From positions 124,001 to 188,000 of the forward strand of contig JAAOMT010000543.1 in assembly GCA_016748015.1 (NCBI GenBank): DNA of 64,000 nt, given 5' to 3'. The stretch's first letter is position 1, and the number at the start of each line of letters is the position of its first letter. A program made the position numbers and the translations under genes. Source of the stretch: Geosiphon pyriformis uo1 (taxonomy: Eukaryota > Fungi > Glomeromycota). This document shows, one piece after another, positions 39,301 to 52,367 of the stretch. Under the pieces are notes generated by a model. The model searched no databases. It was not told the origin of the DNA and saw only the letters and a program-made list of their open reading frames with translations.

Positions 39301-40710
39301 AAGCTATTTAAGTCTCTTGGTTACTCCAAAAAACACCTTAACCAGTAACATAGAACTTAATAACAACATATTACCTGTTACCATTATAAAAGACAAATCA
39401 CTTGTAGTTATCTTTCCCTTTAAACTCAAAGAACCAGCAATAATGCTGCTATTCAGTAGAGCCATTCTCAATACTAAACCAATTACTGTTATGTATACTA
39501 ATACAAAAGTAAATAATCATTCTATTAAGTTAATTTTTAGTGAATTAGTAAACAGTATCATCACATGACAACTTATAAACCAATTAGGTTGTTAAGTTGA
39601 TCATGTTGTCAACACCAAAATTATTATTATTAATAAAACCATAAAAACTACAATTGGTAAAATTGAAAACTTTTTTTTTAAAGTCAATAGCATTATCATG
39701 CCAATAAAAGTTTTTATTATGGAAGCCACACAGTACCAAGCTTTAGTTAATAATAACTGGCTGTTTAAGACTAATGCTGTTTTTGATTGGAATACCCAGA
39801 AGCTTTAGTTTTTGTTAAAATGGTCAGCAAATTTGGGAATCTGCTATCTGCAGTCATTTTAAGACAAATATTATCCCAACATCACTAATAGAGTTTGAGA
39901 AAAAATAGAAAAAATCTACATAAAAAGCCTACTAAATTTTGTGGACTAAAAAAAAACACAACATATTACCACTCATATTAATCTGAAAAGAAAAGGAAAA
40001 AAGGAAGGAAAAAGCAAAAAAATTAATTTAAGCTATTATTTCTATTTATACTTTATATACTGTCATATCTTAGACCAACTACTATTAATTCAAGCTAATA
40101 TATGTTAATTGTGACAAGAAATTGTCAACAATAAATGTATACTATGACAACAATAAGAAATAGCCAATGACAAGTAAGTTCTATTGCCATTCATGCATCT
40201 TTAAATACTTTGGACAACCAAAAAAACAAGGAAAATAGAACAATAAATTATGTTTTATTTGTGAAGAAACTCTTTTAAATAAGGAAATATGGAATAACAT
40301 TTCTGATTATAGAGAAATATGCAAAAAATTGTGTCAATACATGATTCTTATAAGCAATTGAATAAACAAAAAAACACTAATAAACACTGTCTAAAAGAGA
40401 GTTGTACAATGTTTGGACAGTTGTCTATACAATAACAATAAAATCTGGAAAATAACAATTACCAAAATTAAAAGTACATCTTCAGAAGAAATAAAAACAA
40501 TTAAAAACAATCCACTAAAACCTGAAAAAACTATTTGGATTTTAAACTCTAATATTATCCTCAACATTATAGATCTGAAACAATTTTACAAATACTATCA
40601 AGGATTAGCATCTACTCAAAAAGAGCAAGAGCAATGCTTAGAATAGCTCAATACTTAACAATATGATTACTATTTAATTTTATGTAATTTTCAGTATTTT
40701 AATAATTGTA
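36330..40710 (+). mobile_element. Gypsy family A copy A2, 5' half (5' LTR 36330-37166, PBS, gag, protease, Cys-rich region)
   Basis: TGTTAC start inside the preceding LTR. Decayed PBS TTTAGTGCTTTTTG after the LTR. Protease remnant at ~39480-39800. Confidence 0.75.
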
Positions 40711-43700
40711 CCCAAAATGTCAAAAAAAGTAGAACAATGAACCATATCTCACTTGCAGCAAACAGTTGCTTGATAAAGGAATGTGGAATAATATTCCTGG
40801 GCAAAGAGAAACGTGTGATACTTCATGCCAATACATGATCCTCATCAGTGATTGAATGAGTTGTGGAATGTCTATTACTGCAGCCTGGCACCAAGCAATC
40901 AATCACTTGAATGGTATTTACATAACAAGAACAAAATCTGGCATATGGTCAATGCCAAAATCAAAGAAGCCATGCTTAGTGAAATTTTAGAGATCAAAAA
41001 CAACCCACCAGAACCAGTCGACATTGTTTTGATTTCCAATCTAGAAGCATTTTTAGATATTAAAACAGGTTCAAAAGAATTTCATGGACATTATCAAAAC
41101 TTAGCACCCACTAGGGAAGAGCAAAAGCAACACTTAAAACAGTTGAACATTAGATTGTATCAACACTGCTTAATTTCTTATGACTTTCAATATTGTAATA
41201 AGTGTGACTTTATTTACAATCCACCAATCTGCAAGATCTACATGATTTCAGAGGAAAAAAAACCAATCAGTCACTGTGCATCAAAATCGGAATCAAATTT
41301 TAATCCCAATTCAAACTCCGACAACAATAATAATGAAAACAATGATTTTAGTTTTATTTTATATAGTAATAACAATGACAATGATTTAGACTCAGATTCA
41401 AAATCCAATTTAAACTACAAACAATATATTGCACTCCTCAATCTCACCAAAAAACAAGAACTAAAATGGTTCAGTGATAATAATGAAGGTATTATGCCAG
41501 AACATATATATAATACTGATGCAGGATTTGATCTGAAATATCTAGAAAAAAATTTCATCAAATTAGAACTCCATTCGTACATCTGCATTAATCTCAAAAT
41601 AGCACTGGAAATTCTAACAACAATAATGGTTCAGTTAGTATCTAGGAGCAGCTTAGCCAAAAAGAGAATCAACATTAGAAGAAGAATAATTGATGCAGGA
41701 TACATAAGAAATATCATTGCTATGCTACAAAATGACTTAGAAAAAGCATATATTATAGATCCAAATAAAAAGATAGCACAAGCAATATTTTTGCTTTTGG
41801 TTAAGATAGCTTAATTAGTATTAGTAGAAAACAGAGAAGAATTAGGAATCACAGCTAAAAGGATACAGAAATTCAGATCAATGGGTAGAATAGATGTACC
41901 AGTTAATATGGCAGAAAAAAAAATTGTTGACAAGAGAAAAATTATCTCCATCTGTCAATTAATCTCCATTTTACTATATAACCAGTACATAGTAGTCATA
42001 AAAAAAAAGTGAAGGATCAGGTTCAAATTTTTGAGACAGAAGCAACACTTTGTGAATTAGGAGAAATTGGATTAATCAATTTACACATACCAGCCAAGAA
42101 TCATAATTACATAAAAATTCTTATCTACAACAATACAGGAAATGTTATCAGGATACCAGAAGGAACAACCATTGGATACTTAACCACTAAAATTGAAAAC
42201 CAACTGTCTAACATCATTCCAGACTTTTCACAACTTTGCAGATATGTGGATATTATATCACAAACAATATATGGACAAAATAAATGTTATTTGCTCCAAT
42301 CAAAACAATTAAAACAAATAAACATGGGAAATTTAGATCCACTACAACATATACAGCTCAAAATGTTACTTAACAATTTCAATAACATCTTTGTCAGCAA
42401 AAATGAATTTGGCAGAACTGACATCATCCAACATAAAATCAAGACTGAGGATGCAATACCAATTAAACAGAGAGCATACAGAGTACCACTAGCTAGCCAT
42501 GAGATCATTTGTCAAGAAATCAATCAGATGCTTAACAATAGATTAATTCAATCATTAATAAGTCTATGGTTATTACCAATAGTGCTAGCCTATAAGAAAA
42601 ATGGAAAAATCCGCTTTTATGTAGATTACTGAAAACTGAATGGAGTAACAAAAGAAGATAGTTATCTGACTCCAAAAATACAAGAACTGTTTGACAATTT
42701 TGGTGAAAAGAAATGGTTCTCGACACTAGACTTAGACAGTGGTTACTGGCAAGTAGCCATAAAACCAGAAAATAAAGAGAAGACAGCATTTACCATGTAA
42801 GAAAAGAATTTTGAATTTGAAGTTATGTCATTCAGCTTAATGAATGCTCCTGCCACATTTCAACAACTCATGGAAATTGTCTATATCAGACTACTATGGA
42901 AATTAGTAATCGTATATTTGGATGCCACCAATATATTCTTAAAAACATTTGATGATTATTTACATCATCTTCACCAAGTATTTGAAAGACTCAAATGAGC
43001 AGAATTAAAACTAAATGTTAACAAATGCTTCTTTGGCAAAACAGAGCTCAAGTTTTTGGAACATGTTATAAGCAAAAATGGTATCAAAACAGATCTGGAT
43101 AAGATCACAATAGTAAAGAACTTTTCAGTACCAACCAATTTGACAGAACTAAGAGCATTTTTGGGATTTGCAGACTATTATTACTGTTTTATCAAGGACT
43201 TTTCTAAACTGGCTCAGCCACTCCATCACTTACAAACTAAGAATGTAAAGTATTAATAGACAGAAACTTAACAAGAAGCATTCAACACATTAAGAAGAAA
43301 GCTTATTTAAGCTTTAGTGTTAATGTATCCAGATTACAGCAAACCATTTATCATCACCACTGATACATCAAGTCAGATATTGAAAGCAGTACTATCACAA
43401 AAAGAACCAAATGGAAGAGAACATCCAGTAGCTTACACCAATAGAAACTTAAGTTCAGCAAAAAAAAACTATAATACTCCAGCATTAGAACACTTAGCTA
43501 TCTATTGGGTTGTTATCAAATGGAAAGAATACTTGAGTCAAAAGTTTGATGTGTACATTGATTACAAAGAATTAACTTCAATCCAAAAGTAAAAATTTGG
43601 AGACAATCGCCATGTCAGATGGAAGATAAAACTTTCACTATTTAATTATACAGTACATTACAAAAAAGGAAAAAAAAACAGAAATGCTGATAGATTGTCA

Positions 43701-46700
43701 TGAATGAGACAAATCTAAAAAGACATTCTAACCCAAAAATATAACAAAAGATAAATATACAAAAATACCAACAACTTCAATATTATATAAATACTCAATT
43801 GTTTAAGAAGAAATTATCTCAAAAAAAACAAAGAAACATAAAACAACAATCAAAATATTTTATTAACCATCAAAATATACTTTACTGGAAGAACAAAAGA
43901 AATCCAAATCAACCAACCAGAGTAATTACAGAACCACAGAAAGAGACAATATTATTCAACATGTATTCAGATCCAACAGCAAGATATTTTCATAAAAAAG
44001 CAATCATAGAAAGAACCAAAAGAAGATACTATTGGCTATTAATGTATCCAGATATCATTTAATATGTTAAAAATTGTGATGCTTGCCAAAGAAGAGATGG
44101 AACAAAACCCAGTGAACCATTGAGACCAATCAAAGTAAAACAACCATTCAATCATATCGGAATTGACTTAGTTAAACCATTAACAATCACCAGCAAAGAC
44201 AACAGATATATTGCAGTAGCCATGAATTATCTCACAAAATGGCCAGAAGCAAAAGCCTTTCAAAGAGCAGATGCAGAATCCATTGCTGAATTCGTTCATC
44301 AAGATTTGATCTGTTGACATGGATGTCCAAAAGAACTATTATTAGATTAAGGAATGCATTTTGTGAATAGAACATTAGAAGAATTAAGTCAAAGATTTGG
44401 AATTAAAAGACCATTGTCATTACTATACCATCTACAAACCAATGGATTAGTTGAAAGATTTAATAGAATATTGTGTAAAGCAATTGTCAAAATCAGCCAA
44501 AAAAATCAAGACAAATGGAATTTGTTTATACCATCAGTATTATTTGCTTATTAGACAATGAAACAAGACACTACACAAGCAACACTATTTGAATTAGTAT
44601 ATAGTAGAACAGCAACATTACCAGTGGAGATAGAAATCAATACTTATCTAGTAGAACCAATAATCAAAGACAATTTTCAAGAAACATTGCTAAGAAGAAC
44701 ATATGACTTGATAGAAACTCTAGAGAACAAGTGACGAAAAGCAGCTAATAACATCTAAAAGTCACAAAAAAAACAAAAAGAAAGACATAATAACCAACTA
44801 CCAGATAAACCAGTTGAATTCAAGATTAGAAACAAAGTACTTTTACATTATACCAAAGCAGAAAAACAATGGAATGGAAAATTTGACCCCAAATAGAACA
44901 GACTATTTCACATAGAAGAAATTCTTAGAAATGGAGCTTACAAATTGAGATGGAACAACAAAATTTTAGCCAAAGCAGTACATGATGATCAACTGAAACC
45001 ATATTACCATATAGTGTTACCATCCACTAGTAAAATTCTACAATTAAAAGTACAGAAAATACTAGTCCAACCAGATAAAATTCTACAAGATCTGGAACCA
45101 ATCATAATCATTAGACCAAACACATAAGATTGAATAATAAAAAGAGTATATAAAGACATGGTAGACATAATGGAGAACTTCAGAAAAATGGAAATCATTT
45201 ATGACATCCATGCACTAGCACAATAACTATTCCAACTAATTCAATAACAGAATATAGAAATTACTATCAACTAACAAACCATTCGATACTGAGATATCAA
45301 AAAGATATCCAAATACAAAAGTTAAAGAAAAACAGAAAACATTATTAACAAAATGGTTCTGAAAATAAAATTAGCAATAGAAAAACCAATAAGTGTTACC
45401 ACATATTAAGAGTTAACCAAAGAAACTTAAAAATGGTGGATACATGAATTTCCAAGAAACTTTTGTTATTTTCACATGGGACAACACTTGAACATTTAGA
45501 ACTTATACATGAATAAAACAAAATAATTATTTGACACAACAATAATGCAACAACTAGAACAATTTGTGGAAAAAAACAATTTGACTGTATATACAAGAGC
45601 CATATATTGGCTACATACTAAATTTCAAGACAGACCAGACATCTTACTTAATCCAGAATTGGACTTCATTACAGTTAAGCAAATAGAAAAAATAACCAAT
45701 GCCCAATTTGAAAAATTACAGAACAGAATAACACAAGTAATTCTCAAAAAAAAAGTTCAAGAAATACTCAAAAATGGAGAATTAGAGTTAGGAGATTTGA
45801 GAGATCTTAACAAAGTTCAATATTAAAAAGGAGGAAATAATGTTACTTATAAAATATAAAAAGTATATTAGTATAAAAATTAGCCAATCAGAAGTAGCCA
45901 TAGTAAATGTAGAATTCCAGAATTCCTTTCAAAAAGAATTGCAGGATTCCAGAAATTTCAGGATTCTCATACAAGAAATCACAGGATTCCAAAATTCCAG
46001 GATTTTTCTTAAAAGAATTGCAGGATTCCAGGAATTGCAGGATTCCTGGTGTGAAAAATTAAGAAATTGAAGAATCTTAATTATGTATATATAGTGGTAG
46101 TGTTAAAAATAGAAAAAAACAGATCTAGTAGATTTAAGACCTCTCAGTTTAGATTTGATCTAAGCAACCTTCTATATCACAAATATTAATAAATAATTAT
46201 TCACTATCTCAATCCACTTTTCACTATCAACATTTCATGTTGATAGTAATTCATACTTAACTACACTAGAACAATAGCTTTTGATCATAGCTATTGATGG
46301 GATACTAACTTGAAAATTGCCTTGGCTTATTTCTTTATTTTTTTGTTTTCTTTTATTTTTTATTGTTATTTCTTTTGTTGTTTACTAATTTGATTAAGGA
46401 TTAAGTACTGAATTATTGACATTAAGAATTGCCTGATAAAAGACCCCTGCAAGTGGGTAGAGCATGTATAAAAATTACAGATTACTTACCAGAGGATTTC
46501 TGGTCACCAAGCCGAGAAAAAAATTGACAGAATTGCAATTTTAGAAGGTTACTGAAAACAACTATTGAATCTCTGTCTATTATACAAAAGACTCTACAAT
46601 AAAACCTTCAGATTAATAATATCTTCAGATACTAATGCCAACAGTCATCAATTAAACACCAAGTTACAGGTTTGTTATTTGTTTTGAGACCCCAAATAAT

Positions 46701-46711
46701 CACCTGTAACA
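40711..46711 (+). mobile_element. Gypsy family A copy A3, 3' part (Cys-rich, dUTPase, RT, RH, IN, ORF3, 3' LTR 45841-46711); best-preserved A copy
   Basis: ORFs 40852-41814 (DAGFDL, SRSSLA, IIDAGY, KIAQAI), 42009, 43056, 43317, 43799, 44120 (GIDL), 44354 (QTNGLVER) and 45545. PPT AAAAAGGAGGAAA. LTR TGTTAC...GTAACA. Confidence 0.88.
45158..45826 (+). pseudogene. A3 ORF3 (env-position accessory ORF)
   Basis: The reading frame runs from ATG 45158, with stops, to ORF 45545-45826 and ends at the PPT. Homologs occur in the other A copies. Confidence 0.7.
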
Positions 46712-49700
46712 ATGTATATACTAAATACAAAAAATTGACATTAATCCAAAAACAAAAATTTGGAGATAATTGTCATACAAGATAGAAAATAAAACTTTTA
46801 CCATTTAATTATACTGTATATTATAAAAAGAGGAAAAAAAATAAAAATATCAATAGTTTATCACAAATAAGACAAATTTAAAAACATTTCAACCCAAAAA
46901 TATAACAAAAAATGAATACACAAAAATATCAACAACTCCAACATTATATAAATACCCAACAGTTCAAGGAAAAATTATTTCAAAAGGAACAAACCAACAT
47001 AAAACAACAATTAAAATATTTTATTATTCATTAAAATATACTTTATTGAAAAAACAGAAGAAATCCAGATCAACCAGTTAGAGTAATCATAGAATTAAAA
47101 AAAAACAATACTATTTAGTATGTATTCAGATCTAACAGCAGAATATTTTCATAAAAAAGCAACTATAAAAAAAACCAGAAAAAGATACTATTGGCCATCA
47201 ATGTATCCAAACATTATCTAATATGTTCAAAATTGTAATGTTTGTCAAAAAAAAGGAGAAACAAGACCCAGCCAACCACTAAAACCAATCAAAATAAGAC
47301 AACTATTTGATCGAATTAGAATTAACTTAGTCAGATTATTGACAATAACCAGCAAAAACAACAAATATATAGTACTAGCCATAGATTATCTCACAAAATG
47401 GCCAGAAACAAAAGCAATTCAAAGAGCAAATACAGAATCTATAGCCAAATTTGTTTATCAAAATTTGATTTGTTAATATAGATGTCCAAAAAAATTGTTA
47501 TTAGATCAAAAAACTTATTTTGTAAACAGAATATTAATAGAATTAAGTTAAAGATTTGGAATTAAAAGACTATTATTATCATTATATTATTCACAAACCA
47601 ATAGCTTAGTTAAAAAATTCAATAGAACATTGTATAAAACAATAGTCAAGATTAGCCAAAAAAACCAGAATAAATGAGATTTATTTATACTATTAGTATT
47701 ATTTACTTATTAAACAATAAAACAAGATATCATACAAACAACATTATTTAAACTTGTTTATAATAGAGCAACAGTCTTACCAGTTGAAATAGAAGTCAAC
47801 ATATATCTAATTGAACCAATAACAAAAACCAATTTTCAAGAAATATTGTTAAGAAAAACATATAACTTAATAGAAACTTTGGAAAACAAAAGATGAAAAA
47901 CAGCTGATAATATTTAAAAGTCACAAAAAAAACAAAAAAACAACATAATAACCAATTACTGGATAAACCAGTTGAATTCAGGATTAGAGACAAAGTACTC
48001 TTATATTATACCAAAGTGAAAAAACAATGGAGTGGAAAATTTAACTTCAATAGAACAGATCATTTTACATTAAAGAAATTTTAGAAAATGAAGCTTATAA
48101 ACTAAGATAAGACAATAAAATTTTAGTTAAAGCAGCACATAGAGATTGACTAAAATTATATTACAATATAGCATCATCATTTATCAGTAATATTTCACAA
48201 CTGGGAGTACAATGAATACTAGTCTAACCAGATAAGATTCCACAAAATTTAGATTTAATTATAATTATTAATACAAATATGTTGAATTAATTTACAAAAT
48301 TAATATATAAAAACACCATAAACATAACAAAAACAACAATAAAAGATAAAAATACCAGACCACATCTATATGATGGCTCAACAATTATTCAAAGCAATAA
48401 ATTAACAGCAATTAGAAATAGAAATTGTTATCAATCACCAAACTCTTACTACTAGAACACTAAAAGAAACAGAAAAAAAAACTCCACTTTATACTAGTAA
48501 TTATGAAACCAAACAAATATTAATCAGATAAAATAATAGAAAAAGTGAAGAATACATTTAAAAAGATATTCATTATAGTTCCAACAAAAGAACTAACAAA
48601 AAAAATTGAAAACAATAGATGGAACAACTTTTAATACCATACTATTACTATTAGTTAGAACAAAAATGAATATTTAAGAGTTATATCTTAATAAAACCAA
48701 AAAAATATTCAATTAAGAGATAATACAAAACATTGAAAATATTATTAGAAAGAAAACAAACTCAACACTACATATTAAAACAATCTATTAACTACATACT
48801 ATATTTTAAAACTACTTAGAAATACTGTTATACTCTGAAATAAAAACAATAATTAGTGTTACCAATAGAATTTTAACTATTAATTAGCATGAAATTATTT
48901 TCATAATTCTTATTATTAATTAGTATATATTAGTATCATTTTAATTATTACTTATTATTTAATCAAATTATTAAATATTATTATTTAATTAATAATCCAA
49001 TTTGTATTATAAAAATTAAGATGATTAAACTATACAAAATTCTGAACCATTTAATATTCAAAATTCGCCAAAATTAGCAGAAATTGGCCGAAATAATCAA
49101 TAGTTTGTGGAAATAATTTGTAGTTTGTCAAAATATATCTTTAATTTGCCAAAATTAGAGCAAAAAAAAAATGCAAGTTCAAAAATTAGTACTACAACAA
49201 ATTGTATAAAAGAAGAGCTTTTCTCTTCAAAAAAATATATCTTACTTTAGATATTTTAATTAGAACAAATTATTTCTTATATATTTTTATAAAATTAAAT
49301 AAAAATCAAATATTCAAAAATCCAAATCTTAAATTATTCTACTTAAAACTCCTCAAAAACTCAACCAATATTATAAAATTGTTTAGCTACCAATTTCAAT
49401 AATCTGTTAGTGACTCTAGGCTTAAATAAAAAACGTTTCTTTTAATAAAATTCTATTTCTTTTATATTTCTTTTATTTTTTCTTTCTTTTCTTATTATAA
49501 TCATTAGGGTAGCCTACAGACAAAATTTCTGTAAAAGAGTTGACTTTTACAGCAAAGAAACTACACATTTTTAGTAAGCTTTTAGATGAGCAATTCCTAA
49601 GAAAGAGTTGATATTTACAATATAACTACAATAAAGTAATTGGCAAGAGATTGGTCATTTTATTTATAAGCTCAGCAGTTCAAATTATCTTTTATAATTT

Positions 49701-50775
49701 GAAAATAAATTCAGTTATCAGAGGTTCAATTACTTTTAGAGATTGTGAATTCACAACCAACAGATATTAACAACATTTAAGAAAAAAGACCAAAAATCTC
49801 TAGTAACATTATTAACCAATAGGAAAGAATAAACAAATTACAAGTTAAAAACATAAGAACTAAAGTTAAACAAATCATATTAGAAAGAGAAGTAATGAAT
49901 TTAATTTAAAGTAAAAATTTTGATAGAGTTTAATATTAAAAAAGGAGATAATATTACTTATAGAAAAAGAGTACAAGAAAAATAATAAGAAAAATAGATA
50001 AATCAATAAGAAAATAGTATTTAGCAAATAAGTACATTGTTCAGCAATGTGAAATATTGTCAGAAATTATGACACATTGCTTGAAAAATTACAGAGTATT
50101 GCTTGAGAATATGAGCAATCTTATATAACCCAAATTATATATATATAGCAAAAATATTAAAAACAAAAAAGACAGATTTTGTCTAAGAATTCTTTATTAA
50201 CATCACAATATCCTTTCTTTCAAAAGATAAAATATTATAACTTGAAGTGAAATTATCAAAAATTAATTAATCTCCTCATTATTAGCATTTCATATTGATA
50301 GCTATTAATACTTAATTATATTGAACCAATAGCTTTTAATTACAACTATTAACAGAACACTAATTCTTTAATTGTTTTGGCTTATTTTCTTTACTTTTTT
50401 TTTTTGTTTTTTTTTTTGTTTTGTTTTGTTGATTAACTAACTGATTAAAGAGATTAAATATTGAATATATTAACATTAAAAATAGCCTAATAAAAGATCT
50501 AGCAATATGTGTATAGAATTTGAAGATTAAAAATAACTTATCAGAAGGACATAACTGTTAAAATAAACTGGTTATTATGCTGAAAAAAAAATTCATAGAT
50601 TAACTATTCTAAAAGACTACTAAAACAACTATTAAATCTCTGTTTATTATACAAAAAACTTTACCAAAACCTTCAGACTACCAAAATCTTTAAATATTAT
50701 CAACACTAACCAATTATTAAGCACCAAATTATGAGTTTGTTATTTTACCAACACTCCAAATAATTACTTGTAACA
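46712..50775 (+). mobile_element. Gypsy family A copy A4, 3' part (RH end, integrase, ORF3, 3' LTR 49952-50775), containing a solo B LTR
   Basis: Collinear with 43550-45830. PPT AAAAAAGGAGA. LTR ends TGTAACA at 50775. Confidence 0.8.
48857..49808 (+). mobile_element. Solo LTR of Gypsy family B
   Basis: TGTTACCA...AGTAACA, homologous to the B1 and B2 LTRs. Flanks TTAG/TTAT (3 of 4 match). The host ORF3 continues across it. Confidence 0.88.
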
Positions 50776-52367
50776 GTAGTATATACAACAAAAGCAATAA
50801 TAAAAAAATAAAAATTCCAGACTACATTTATATAATGGCTTAACAATTGTTTTAGGCCATAAATCAATAACAATTAAATATAAAAATTATTATTAATTAT
50901 TAACCAATTTGTTATTAAAACACCAAAAAAGAAAAAAAAAATTTAAATCATTTCTTATTAGCAATCTCAGAATTAAACAAAGTACTGGTCAGATAAAATT
51001 ATAAAAAAAGTAAAAAACACTTTTAAAAAAATACTGGTAATTGTTTCAACAGAAGAGCTAACTAAAAAAAACTAGAAACAATAGATAAAATAATTTTCCA
51101 TACTATACTGTTATTATCAATTGGGACAAAAGCTAAATATTAAAAAATTATTTATTAATAAATTCAAAAGAATATTCAATTAAAAAATAGTACAACAGAT
51201 TGAAGATTTTATCAGAAAGAAAATAAATTCTGTACTATACATCAAAACAATTTACTAACTATATATCATATTTCAAAATTATTTAAAAATATTACTATAC
51301 TCAAAAATAGAAACAATAACTATTAACCAATAAGAAAAAATAAACAACTTATAATTTAAAGACATAAGAATCAGAATTAAACAAACAATATTAAAGAAAA
51401 AAATAAGAAACTTAATTTAAAATGAAGATTTTAACAGAGCTTAATATTAAAAAAAAAATATTATTACTTATAGAAAAAAGTACAAGAAAGAAAATAGGAA
51501 AAACAAATAAAAAAATAGATTAATAAAAAAATAGTACTTAGTAAGTAAGCACAATGTTAAAAAACTATAATATATTGCTTAGTAATATGTACATTGTTAG
51601 AGAATTAAAACATATTGCTCAGTAATGTACACATTGTTAAAAAATTGGTGCATATTACTTAGCAATAAGCATATTATCAAAAAAATAACAGCACATTATT
51701 CAAAAATGTGTAAGATCTTATATAATAAAAATTATATATATATAGCAAAAGTGTTAAAAACAGAAAAAAAACAATTCAGTTTAAACTAATTAGATAACAA
51801 TACTTTTCCCTTCAAAAAATAGTTTTTTATAACTCAAAATGAAATTATACTAATATTAATAAACTTATCTATTATTATTCAATTTATGTTATTAATTATT
51901 AATTAAAAAAATATTAATCAATTTTATATTATTAATGCTTTATGTTGATAAAAGCCAATACTTAACTACATTGGACCAATAACTCTTAATCACAGCTATT
52001 AACAAGATACTAATTTTTTATTTTTTTTTTTATTTTTTTTTATTTTTTTTTATTTTTATTTTTTTTATTGTTACTAATTAAAAAAGTGATTAAAATGCTA
52101 AGTAATTAACATCAAAAATAGCCTGGTAAAAAATCCAGGAACAAGGGTAGAAAACATAAAAATAGCTTATCAGAAAAGCACAACTGTCAAAATAAACTGA
52201 TCACTATACTGAAAAAAAAATTTGCAGAAGCAAACCAATAATTAAATTTTTGTCTATTATACAAAAAACTTAACCAAAACCTTCAAAAATTATCATTATC
52301 AATAGCTATTAAGCACTAAGTTACAAGTTTGTATTTGTATTAACATCCTAAATAATTACTTGTAACA
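50776..52367 (+). mobile_element. Gypsy family A copy A5, 3' fragment (ORF3 + 3' LTR ~51462-52367)
   Basis: Collinear with 28520-28619 plus 34935-36300. Ends TGTAACA. Confidence 0.8.

Noticed and set aside
45840-46070. 76-aa ORF with repeated FQE/LQDS words
   Set aside because: It is a translation of the LTR U3 repeat array.
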